This document shows positions 15,501-28,104 of a DNA stretch of 64,000 nt, in pieces. Made by a program: the position numbers and the translations under genes. How positions within the stretch are numbered: the first letter of the stretch is position 1; every line of letters starts with the position of its first letter. The stretch is from Lingula anatina (Eukaryota; Animalia; Brachiopoda), in NCBI GenBank assembly GCA_051362555.1, contig CM120645.1:20770001-20834000 (forward strand), given 5' to 3'. Under the pieces are notes generated by a model, which saw only the letters and a list, made by a program, of their open reading frames with translations, did not search any database and was not told the DNA's origin.

Positions 15501-18500
15501 AGATAAAAGGAAAGCAAAATTTGCAAAGTTCAGTTCATGGTGAAAAGTAGGTCAAAGGTCAATTTTAAGGTCACATTTAGATTGCCAGTATATGACTTCC
15601 TATTCAAGTTCAATAGTAACTATGGACCTATCTCTGCCAGTTTTGGAGATAAAAGGGAAGCAAAATTTGCAAAGTTCAGTTCATGGTGAAAAGTAGGTCA
15701 AAGGTCAATTTTAAGGTCACATTTAGATTGCCAGTATATGACTTCCTATTCAAGTTCAATAGTAACTACGGACTTATATCTGCCAGTTTTGGAGATAAAA
15801 GGAAAGCAAAATTTGCAAAGTTCAGTTCATGGTGAAAAGTAGGTCAAAGGTCAATTTTAAGGTCACATTTAGATTGCCAGTATATGACTTCCTATTCAAG
15901 TTCAATAGTAACTATGGACCTATCTCTGCCAGTTTTGGAAATAAAAGGGAAGCAAAATTTGCAAAGTTCAGTTTATGGTGAAAAGTAGGTCAAAGGTCAA
16001 TTTTAAGGTCACATTTAGATTGCCAGTATATGACTTCCTATTCAAGTTCAATAGTAACTATGGACCTATCTCTGCCAGTTTTGGAGATAAAAGGGAAGCA
16101 AAATTTGCAAAGTTCAGTTTATGGTGAAAAGTAGGTCAAAGGTCAATTTCAAGGTCACAGTAAGATTGCCAGTATATGACTTTCTATTCAAGTTCAATAG
16201 TAACTACGGACCTATCTCTGCCAGTTTTGGAGATAAAAGGGAAGCAAAATTTGCAAAATTCAGTATGGTGTAAAGTAGGTCAAAGGTCAATTTTAAGGTC
16301 ACATTTAGATTGCCAGTATATGACTTCCTATTCAAGTTCAATACTAACTATGGACCTATCTCTGCCAGTTTTGGAGATAAAAGGGAAGAAAAATTTGCAA
16401 AGTTCAGTTCATGGTGAAAAGTAGGTCAAAGGTCAATTTTAAGGTCACATATAGATTACCAGTATGTGACTTCCTATTCAAGTTCAATAGTAACTATGGA
16501 CCTATCTCTGCCAGTTTTGGAGATAAAAGGAAAGCAAAATTTGCAAAGTTCAGTTCATGGTGAAAAGTAGGTCAAAAGTCAATTTCAAGGTCACATTTAG
16601 ATTGCCAGTATATGACTTCCTATTCAAGTTCAATAGTAACTACGGACTTATATCTGCCAGTTTTGGAGATAAAAGGGAAGCAAAATTTGCAAAGTTCAGT
16701 TCATGGTGAAAAGTAGGTCAAAGGTCAATTTTAAGATCACATTTAGATTGCCAGTATATGACTTCCTATTCAAGTTCAATAGTAACTATGGACCTATCTC
16801 TGCCAGTTTTGGAGATAAAAGGGAAGCAAAATTTGCAAAGTTCAGTTCATGGTGAAAAGTAGGTCAAAGGTCAATTTCAAGGTCACAGTAAGATTGCCAG
16901 TATATGACTTCCTATTCAACTTCAATAGTAACTATGGACCTATCTCTGCCAGTTTTGGAGATATAAGGGACTAAATGTTATAATTTTGGAGTTACCATAA
17001 TGTGCCTTAAATTTCGTACAGAAAAAATTAATTAAAACAAGGCAGCAAAGCTGTCAAATGTACAGACAAAAAACAGAAAATAAAGATGCAAAAAAGGTCA
17101 TTTTGTCAATTTTGATGCAATAATAAATAATGCTTATAATAGCACTGTCAGTCAACACTGAATTTTAATCTTGCACAACAGGTAACATGGTCAATAACAG
17201 GAGCGGACCCAGAGATATTTTCTGACAGTATTACGAATCTATGTTGATCCATCCTCCATTTTGATGGTCTTCCAACAGAAAAAAATAGATACCAGTCAAT
17301 ATAAACTTAATAACCTGACTGTCTTCCGGAAGACCCAGAAGATGGTCTCAATCCACCCCTTCAATAAGATTACAGTTTCAGGACCATGAGAGTTCAAATT
17401 CACATTATGAAAGTCTCAATATTTGAAAAATGATGAAAGTGCATAAAATAATATTACATAATGTTTAAAGACATAAAAAACAATACAACTGCTTATGTAG
17501 AAATACAGAAAATGTGCAGAGCCCCAGGCAGATGAGAGCCTGCCTGGGACTAAAAGTCACAAATGCAAGTGTTTGAGAAAAAATTATAAAGGAAAACAAC
17601 AAAACTAGAAAAGCACTTTGAGAGTGCAGACCTCTGCCAAGGCAGCAATTGTTGATTATTATTGATAATTGATTGATTATTGATCCGGACCACCACCAAA
17701 AATTAATCATTGTCCTCTTTGGCCCACTTCCGACAGTTCCTGAAAATTTCTGCAAAATCAGTCCATAACTTTTTGTGTTATGTGGATGACAGACAAACAG
17801 GGGTGAAAATATAACCTCCTTGGCAGAGCTTGAGGTTAATATAATTCCAATGAAGCTGCTATTCAAACTTTTAATCTTCCAGTTTGATATATATACATAT
17901 ATATATATATATACATAAAACTTATTTGCAATATTAAACGAAATTTACCTGCATAATTATCACTGCTTCCTTATTATTAATCTAGCAGAGAGCTTTACCT
18001 TTGGGAGTTTACAGGGAAATATCAACAAGTGTGCTTTACGTAATCTCATTTAATGGCCTATTAAAGCAAATGACTTTATAACTCTGAAATTAATCTAGTG
18101 ATACCCAAGGGTAATTTACAGACTGACCCACTCAAAGGTCTTCAGGCCCATAAGTCACACCTTAAGAAAAGCACAAAACCATAATGCCCAAAATAGGAGA
18201 CTACCAATCCTGATGCAATAATACATTATGTCAACATCAACTTATGCACAACAGGTAACACAGACGAAAGTAAAAGCATAAGGCTTCAGGCCCATCAGAG
18301 TTCAAGTTTATACTTAGAAAGTGCCAGAATGAGAAAAATGAAAATTTCACAAAAAATGCATAAATACAATAAACATGATAATCCAATAGAGCTGGTTTTC
18401 TCATGAGCTGAAGGCCAATCCTAAAAATCGTACTTGTAAGTTTAAAATTATAATAAGTAGCACAGTTTTCTTTTCATAATGTTTGCAGTAGCAGTGCAAA

Positions 18501-21500
18501 AAGATTGTCAATTTTGATGTAACATTACATAATAAATTAGAGAATAATTATCATCAATTTTTGTTTATTGACTATAAATAGGATGGACATGTAGAAAATA
18601 TGATTACCATTTGGCTTCATGTCCATGGGAGCTCCGAGTCCCACAATGAATATGCCAAAAAAGATAATGAATATAACACTAAAATGTATAGCTTCCAGAA
18701 AAAGAAGCCAATTAGACTGCTTTTCTAACTCAGGCTGCATTTTAGTCCTGTGTTTCTTTTTTGAAAGTTTGACAGTTATAAGTAACACGGTTTTTCCATA
18801 ATGGTCATCAAGGCAGCAGCACCAAAAATTGTTTTCTTCTATTTTGATGCAACATTACATAATGCTTAACAGCATAATGACCATCGATTTTTAATAATAA
18901 AATATAAGTGTCATGGATTTTCACAAAATGTGACTAGCACGGGTCTTCAAGCCCGTGGAGGTTCTAAGTCACACCTTGGAAATGCCAATATGTGAAAAAT
19001 TAAATTTTCACAGAAAACTGTTTAATTGCCAGAAAAATTTACCAAACAGACTGCATTGCCTACTGAAGCTGTATTTTAGACCCACGTTTCTTTCCTGTAA
19101 GTTTGAGAACAGTAATTGACATGATTTTTGTTAAATGGTCATCATGGGAGCAGTGCCCAAAATAGGGGTTTCTTCAAATTTTGATGCAACATTACATAAT
19201 GTTTAACAGCATAATGACCATCAATTTTTAATTATAAAATATTAGTATCATGGATATTCAGGAAATGTGACAAGCAAAGGTCTTCAGGCCCATGGAACTT
19301 CAAATAGGGGTTTCTTCAAATTTTGATGCAACATTACATAATGCTTAACAGCATAATGACCATCGATTTTTAATAATAAAATATAAGTGTCATGGATTTT
19401 CACAAAATGTGACTAGCACGGGTCTTCAAGCCCGTGGAGGTTCTAAGTCACACCTTGGAAATGCCAATATGTGAAAAATTAAATTTTCACAAAAAACTGT
19501 TTAATTGCCAGAAAAATTTACCAAACAGACTGCATTGCCTACTGGAGTTGTATTTTAGTCCCATGTTTCTTTCCTGTAAGTTTGAGAACAGTAAGTGACA
19601 TGATTTTCCTTAAATGGTCATCATGGGAGCAGTGCCCAAAATAGGGGTTTCTTAAAATTTTCATGCAATATTACATAATGTTTTACTGCATAATGACCAT
19701 CAATTTTTAATTATAAAATATTAGTATCATGGTTATTCAGAAAATGTGACTAGCAAAAGCCTTCAGGCCCATGGAACTTCAAAGTCACATATTGAAAATG
19801 CCAAAATGTAAACAATACAGCACTGTTCTGAAATGGGTTTATTTCCATTTTTAACACTTTTTAAACATAAAACAACATAAACAGTTTACTGCCATTTTTA
19901 TATGACCAATGAAGAAAATTGATGAGATGGGAAAAGTATCAATAGAACAGTTTTAAATGTCCAACTTCCTCCATTCTGAGATTCTGAACATAGTGGATGA
20001 ATACATCTGACAAACTGCAATGATATGAGTTTATTTCCATTTTTGACACTTTATTACACAATACATGATAACAAGTTTACCATCATTTTTACAAAATCAA
20101 CTAACAATGTTGTAAAGATGCAGGAAATGCCAAACAAACACATTTACGTATCTTATTAGTTCAATAATGAGACTGTTAACATGCCTAAGAATTGAATGTG
20201 AGGAAATGTGAAAAAACAGCATTACCTTTTAAAATAATGGACTGATTACGCTGATTTTCAAACTCAACCTGCGTTTTAGTAAGATTGGCCCCTCCTGTGA
20301 GTATAATGACAATTGGCCAATCTGTTTTTCTTATATTGTGTTATCAGTGTTGCATATATACTGAAAAAAGTGAAAAAAAAAACAGCATAAATTCCCTATA
20401 AGTGACCCGATCGTGCTGATTTTCGAACTTGACCTGCGTATTATGAATATTTATCAGTTCTGTAAGTTTCAAGCCAAAGGGTAAAACAGCTCTTCATTTA
20501 TTGTGTTATCAGTGTTGCAAAAATGCTGAAAAAAAGTGAAAAAATAGCCTAAATTCACTAAAAATGACCCAATCATGCTGATTTTCGAACTTGACCTGCG
20601 TATTATGAATATTCATCAGTTCTGTAGGTTTCAAGCCAAAAGGTCAAATGGTTTTCCATTTATGGTGTTATCCGTGCTGCATATATGCTGAAAAAAGAGA
20701 AAAAATAGCCTAAATTCACTAAAAATGACCCAATCATGCTGATTTTCGAACTTGACCTGCGTATTATGTATATTCATCAGTTCTGTAAGTTTCAAGCCAA
20801 AAGGTAAAATGGTTTTCCACTTATTGTGTTATCGGTGCTGCATATATGCTGAAAAAAGTGAAAAAACAGCATAAATTCCCTATAAGTGACCCGATCATGC
20901 TGATTTTCGAACTCGACCTGCGTATTATGAATATTCATCAGTTCTGTAAGTTTCAAGCCAAAAGGTACAATGGTTTTCCACTTATCGTGTTATCGGTGCT
21001 GCATATATGTTGAAAAAAGTGAAAAAACAGCATAAATTCCCTAAGAGTGACCCGATCATGCTGATTTTCGAACTTGACCTGCGTATTATGAATATTCATC
21101 AGTTTTGCAAGTTTCAAATCAAAAGGCAAAATGGTTTTCCACTTATCGTGTTATCGGTAAAAGTGCACGGCGACGGCGACGGCGACGGCGACAGCGACGA
21201 CGGCGACGACAGACGCAGATGATGGCTATATGTACAGACACATCTGTGTCTGTACATAATAAAGAAAATGTCATTTTGGTCAAAATTCTTGAAATAGGAG
21301 GTGCTCTGAAGTTTCAGAAGTTCAAATTTGATGAAATAATGTCATTTTTGAACACAAGTTGTCTGCTTTGCCAAGCCTTATGTTTTATTTTTCCAGAGTT
21401 CAAAATTTATTATCCATTACCGTACTGCACATTTTGCTTTTACCACCAATATGTACTTTTTGATACAGCGTAACTCGAAAACCGTATGGAATACAAAAAA

Positions 21501-24500
21501 ACCGAGACCACTTCCAGTGTTGGGCTTTACATGCTCTACAAAATGCAAAAAAGAATGGGTCTCTAGCATTAACGGTTCCCGAATTAGAGACAGTTTTCAG
21601 TTTCGGTACCTTATGGCCGCTACTCCCGTGAAAATGCACCGATTGACCCCAAATTCATGGAGATGAAAGATGACCTGAAGGGTAACACTTTCCAATAATA
21701 TTATTGGTTAAGTCTGTGTAGTGTCTGAATAACAGGGCAAAATAATTTTTTTTCGTAAAAAATTTCATTTTTTTGAAAATTTTGACCCATTTGACCTTGA
21801 AGTAAAGGTCAAAGGTCAAATCCAAGGGTATATTTGAAATCTACACATATGACTTTTGGAAAGCCGTCTATAGAAATTTTTCCCATAACTCCTTCCGTAG
21901 GGTAGATAATTAGCATTTAATTTTGCCATTTTTAGACAAGGGTGCATTGTAATGAATGCCACACCCAGACCCCAATACCGACAAAGCCCAAATTTTACGT
22001 GGAACGAGTTGAGATTATAGGTGACCTAAATCCATGAGATGGGTACGGGGGCCCTTACCGTCTAGGAGGAGAAGCGGTAACGGTAGCCGTCCGGTCGGAG
22101 CCGGCGGAGCCGGCGGAACGATCCGGACGGGACCGAAACCATGTGTACCGCCAGCGCTAACGCTGGTGGTACAATTACGTTAATTCTATTAAAAATCATA
22201 GAAGTATGTAGATAGGTCAAAGTCTTTAATTTTGTACCAGTGCCAATAAAGATTATTCCTCATAAAATATGTTTTAATCCAATTTTGTAGTTCATCTCAC
22301 ATAGACCTTAAAAATCCAGAGGGCTTTCAGCTTTTATCAAAATACACTCACAGAAAAGAATGATAGTACCTGTAAGCAAAATGGCACCTGACTAACCTGA
22401 ACTATGTTATGCAGTACGCTGGCCTGGATGTCTCTGACACACGTAGCATCTCGGTGCACTGATTTCCCAGGGAGTTTCCCCACACTGCACACAGTGTGTC
22501 TAGCCTGGAGTTGCTCCAATGTAGCAGGGAGCTCATATTCCTCTGGACCAAACATGCTCCTACAATTTCATTCATAAAAGAGGTGCTTTAGGATGAATGC
22601 AACACAGTTTTTAGAAAGTGAATGTTCTGGCTCATCCTGCAGTGTGACATCACATAGTGCTTGGGGGGGGGGGGGAATATAATATTATTTTGGACTTCTG
22701 AGGTAATATGACAGAGATCTGACCAATCCAGAAGGTCCCTGACACTCATTTTGCTGTTAAAAACCTGGCAACATCAGATACAGTAATATATATTTTTATT
22801 TTAATGTGACAAAAGTTATAATACCAATGGCACGAAAACTACATCAAATTGCCCCAACCCATTTTTGGGGGGAGGGGAGGGTAAATTTCCAAATTAATTC
22901 AGTCATTCTATTTTTTGCTACAAGTGAGTATTTTAGATTTATAGTTTTCAGATACTAAAAAATCATTTTAGCCTGTGACAAATTTGTAACACTCAAACAA
23001 AAGTCAGCAACTTGCAACAAAGTAAAGAATTAAGGTCAACAACCACTCAAAGTAACACATACTTATCTTTCTTGACAAAAAGAATCAAGATTTACTTACT
23101 CAAACTTTTCTTTGAGTTTATAGAAAAGCTTTCTGAAGACTTTCTCATTGGCTTCCATATCTTTTGGCAAATACTTCTTGGTTTTGAATTCTGTGACCAG
23201 ATCCTGAAACAGACAAAGATTAATATTTAGGCACACAACTTAGGGACCATTCCCAGACCCTACAGTTCTAACTGTGGATCGCTCTATCTCTGAGGGGATT
23301 CTCACTAAATTGCAATCGACTTATGCGGCTATGATGTCTGTCACGCCTACTGAAGCTGCTAGGGGGTAATTAACTAGAGGATCAGAGAGGCGATACCGCC
23401 TCCGAATATTGTACCACCAGCTGGAGCAAGCGCATTCGTATAGACCCCCACATACACAAAATAAGGGACACAGCCACCAGTTTTGTGCTTGACAAGCTGT
23501 AAAAATGCAATCAACAAGATTTTTTAAACTATTGCAAAAAATATATATGGTACAACCAAATTTAAGTTCTTCGTAAGGTAGGTCAAGGGTCAATTTCAAG
23601 GTCACAGTAAATTGCCAGTACATGACTTCCTATTCAAGTTCAAGAGTAACTATGGACCTATCTCTGTCAAGTTTGAAGTTAAAAGAGAAAGAAATTAGCA
23701 GAGTTCACTTCATGATAAAAAGTAGGTCAAAGGTCAATTTCAAGGTCACACTTAGATTGCCAGTATAGGACTTCCTATTCAAGTTCATTAGTAACTATGG
23801 ACCTATCTCTGCCAGTTTTGGAGATAAAAGGGAAGCAAAATTTGCAAAATTCAGTTCATGGTGAAAAGTAGGTCAAAGGTCAATTTCAAGGTCACATTTA
23901 TATTGCCAGTATATGACTTTCTTATCAAGTTCAATAGTAACTATGGACCTATCTCTGCCAGTTTTGGAGATAAAAGGAAAGCAAAATTTGCAAAGTTCAG
24001 TTCATGGTGAAAAGTAGGTCAAAAGTCAATTTTAAGGTCACATTTAGATTGCCAGTATATGACTTCCTATTCAAGTTCAATAGTAACTATGGACCTATCT
24101 CTGCCAGTTTTGGAGATAAAAGGGAAGCAAAATTTGCAAAGTTCAGTTTATGGTGAAAAGTAGGTCAAAGGTCAATTTTAATGTCACATTTATATTGCCA
24201 GTATATGACTTCCTATTCAAGTTCAACAGTAAGTATCGACCTATCTCTGCCAGTTTTGGAGATAAAAGGAAAGCAAAATTTACAAAGTTCAGTTCATGGT
24301 GAAAAGTAGGTCAAAGGTCAATTTTAAGGTCACATTTAGATTGCCAGTTTATGACTTCCTATTCAAGTTCAATAGTAACTATGGACCTATCTCTGCCAGT
24401 TTTGGAGATAAAAGGGAAGAAAAATTTGCAAAGTTCAGTTCATGGTGAAAAGAAGGTCAAAGGTCAATTTTAAGGTCACATATAGATTGCCAGTATATGA

Positions 24501-27500
24501 CTTCCTATTCAAGTTCAATAGTAACTACGGACCTATCTCTGCCAGTTTTGGAGATAAAAGGAAAGCAAAATTTGCAAAGTTCAATTCATGGTGAAAAGTA
24601 GGTCAAAGGTCAATTTTAAGGTCACATTTAGATTGCCAGTTTATGACTTCCTATTCAAGTTCAATAGTAACTATGGACCTATCTCTGCCAGTTTTGGAGA
24701 TAAAAGGAAAGCAAAATTTGCAAAGTTCAATTCATGGTGAAAAGTAGGTCAAAGGTCAATTTCAAGGTCACATTTAGATTGCCAGTATATGACTTTCTAT
24801 TCAAGTTCAATAGTAACTACAGACCTATCTCTGCCAGTTTTGGAGATAAAAGGAAAGCAAAATTTGCAAAGTTCAGTTCATGGTGAAAAGTAGGTCAAAA
24901 GTCAATTTTAAGGTCACATTTAGATTGCCAGTATATGACTTCCTATTCAAGTTCAATAGTAACTATGGACCTATCTCTGCCAGTTTTGGAGATAAAAGGG
25001 AAGCAAAATTTGCAAAGTTCAGTTTATGGTGAAAAGTAGGTCAAAGGTCAATTTTAATGTCACATTTATATTGCCAGTATATGACTTCCTATTCAAGTTC
25101 AACAGTAAGTATGGACCTATCTCTGCCAGTTTTGGAGATAAAAGGAAAGCAAAATTTACAAAGTTCAGTTCATGGTGAAAAGTAGGTCAAAGGTCAATTT
25201 TAAGGTCACATTTAGATTGCCAGTTTATGACTTCCTATTCAAGTTCAATAGTAACTATGGACCTATCTCTGCCAGTTTTGGAGATAAAAGGGAAGAAAAA
25301 TTTGCAAAGTTCAGTTCATGGTGAAAAGAAGGTCAAAGGTCAATTTTAAGGTCACATATAGATTGCCAGTATATGACTTCCTATTCAAGTTCAATAGTAA
25401 CTACGGACCTATCTCTGCCAGTTTTGGAGATAAAAGGAAAGCAAAATTTGCAAAGTTCAATTCATGGTGAAAAGTAGGTCAAAGGTCAATTTTAAGGTCA
25501 CATTTAGATTGCCAGTTTATGACTTCCTATTCAAGTTCAATAGTAACTATGGACCTATCTCTGCCAGTTTTGGAGATAAAAGGAAAGCAAAATTTGCAAA
25601 GTTCAATTCATGGTGAAAAGTAGGTCAAAGGTCAATTTCAAGGTCACATTTAGATTGCCAGTATATGACTTTCTATTCAAGTTCAATAGTAACTACAGAC
25701 CTATCTCAGCCAGTTTTGGAGATAAAAGGAAAGCAAAATTTACAAAGTTCAGTTCATGGTGAAAAGTAGGTCAAAGGTCAATTTTAATGTCACATTTATA
25801 TTGCCAGTATATGACTTCCTATTCAAGTTCAACAGTAACTATGGACCTATCTCTGCCAGTTTTGGAGATAAAAGGAAAGCAAAATTTGCAAAGTTCAATT
25901 CATGGTGAAAAGTAGGTCAAAGGTCAATTTCAAGGTCACATTTAGATTGCCAGTATATGACTTCCTATTCAAGTTCAATACTAACTATGGACCTATCTCA
26001 GCCAGTTTTGGAGATAAAAGGGAAGCAAAATTTGCAAAGTTCAGTTCATGGTGAAAAGTAGGTCAAAGGTCAATTCTAAGATCACATTTAGATTGCCAGT
26101 ATATGACTTCCTATTCAAGTTCAATAGTAACTATGGACCTATCTCTGCCAGTTTTGGAGATAAAAGGGAAGCAAAATTTGCAAAGTTCAGTTCATGGTGA
26201 AAAGTAGGTCAAAGGTCAATTTCAAGGTCACAGTAAGATTGCCAGTATATGACTTCCTATTCAACTTCAATAGTAACTATGGACCTATCTCTGCCAGTTT
26301 TGGAGATATAAGGGACTAAATGTTATAATTTTGGAGTTACCATAATGTGCCTTAAATTTCGTACAGAAAAAATTAATTAAAATAAAGAAAATGTCATTTT
26401 GGTCAAAATTCTTGAAATAGGAGGTGCTCTGAAGTTTCAGAAGTTCAAATTTGATGAAATAATGTCATTTTTGAACACAAGTTGTCTGCTTTGCCAAGCC
26501 TTATGTTTTATTTTTCCAGAGTTCAAAATTTATTATCCATTACCGTACTGCACATTTTGCTTTTACCACCAATATGTACTTTTTGATACAGCATAACTCG
26601 AAAACCGTATGGAATACAAAAAAACCGAGACCACCTCCAGTGTTGGGCTTTACATGCTCTACAAAATGCAAAAAAGAATGGGTCTCTAGCATTAACGGTT
26701 CCCGAATTAGAGACAGTTTTCAGTTTCGGTATCTTATGGCCGCTACTCCCGTGAAAATGCACCGATTGACCCCAAATTCATGGAGATGAAAGATGACCTG
26801 AAGGGTAACACTTTCCAATAATATTATTGGTTAAGTCTGTGTAGTGTCTGAATAACAGGGCAAAAAAATTTTTTTTCGTAAAAAATTTCATTTTTTTGAA
26901 AATTTTGACCCATTTGACCTTGAAGTAAAGGTCAAAGGTCAAATCCAAGGGTATATTTGAAATCTACACATATGACTTTTGGAAAGCCGCCTATAGAAAT
27001 TTTTCCCATAACTCCTTCCGTAGGGTAGATAATTAGCATTTAATTTTGCCATTTTTAGACAAGGGTGCATTGTAATGAGTGCCACACCCAGACCCCAATA
27101 CCGACAAAGCCCAAATTTTACGTGGAACGAGTTGAGATTATAGGTGACCTAAATCCATGAGATGGGTACGGGGGCCCTTACCGTCTAGGAGGAGAAGCGG
27201 TAACGGTAGCCGTCCGGCGGAGCTGGCGGAGCCGGCGGAACGATCCGGACGGGACTGAAACCATGTGTACCGCCAGCGCTAACGCTGGTGGTACAATTAA
27301 TTATTGTTTAGCAGCTTCAGTAGGTGTGCCAGACATCAAAGCCGCTGAAGCTGAAAATTTTGCGAAAGAAGAATCTATTCTGTTAGATGGATATAGGTTT
27401 TGGAACCCAGTCTTCAACACCTTTCATAGGTAACAAGATACTTATGAAAAGTAGTAACTAGTTTGGTGTGTTTTCACTTGATGTGCCTTGTGATTTAAGC

Positions 27501-27549
27501 TATATACACAAATAAGGCTAAGATGTATAGAATGCAAGGATAAAAGCTG

Positions 27550-27583
<34 letters not shown>

Positions 27584-28037
27584 TGATCTTGCAGAGTCTC
27601 TCCTAGAACGATGGAGACATTGTTTTTGGTCTGAGGGTTTTTCATCATATACAGCACCCTTCTGGCACAAGCTTTGCTGGTCTTGTCATGGGAGGTCTAG
27701 ACATAAAGTGCCAAGCTATTAGTTTTACACATTTATAGTTGCATAATTATACCTGTCACAGTATGTGTTTTGTACTATGCGAAAATCATATAATTTTATG
27801 TAGAAAGGTAATATACTCTATAAACTTTGTGTAAATACCAAACAGAAAATATTAATACAAAATTTATGCAATTAAAAAAACATGCTTAAAAAGTGAAGAT
27901 ACAAAATGGCTTACCAGACCTTATTCAAAATTAAACAACAACAAAAACAATGCTTTAGTCATGGCAAACATTAACAATAAATGAATTAATGAATCGATTG
28001 TATGCATGCTAGATCAAAGACTTTGGTAAAATTATAA

Positions 28038-28104
<67 letters not shown>

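Larger units (their letters stand above)
17036..21257 (-). mobile_element. HINE family B copy B2, inserted in A2
   Basis: Same termini as B1; splits the TTAATTAAAATAAAG site that is intact in A1 and A3. Confidence 0.88.
15374..22174 (-). mobile_element. HINE family A copy A2; lacks the CTAG end and is interrupted by a family B element
   Basis: Starts inside the array directly after the A1 hairpin end; 21258-22174 is nearly identical to the right part of A1 (about 14449-15373). Confidence 0.85.

Noticed and set aside
12521-26320. Regularly spaced repeats resembling a CRISPR array
   Set aside because: The whole 146-bp unit is repeated, there are no unique spacers or cas genes, and the context is a eukaryotic intron
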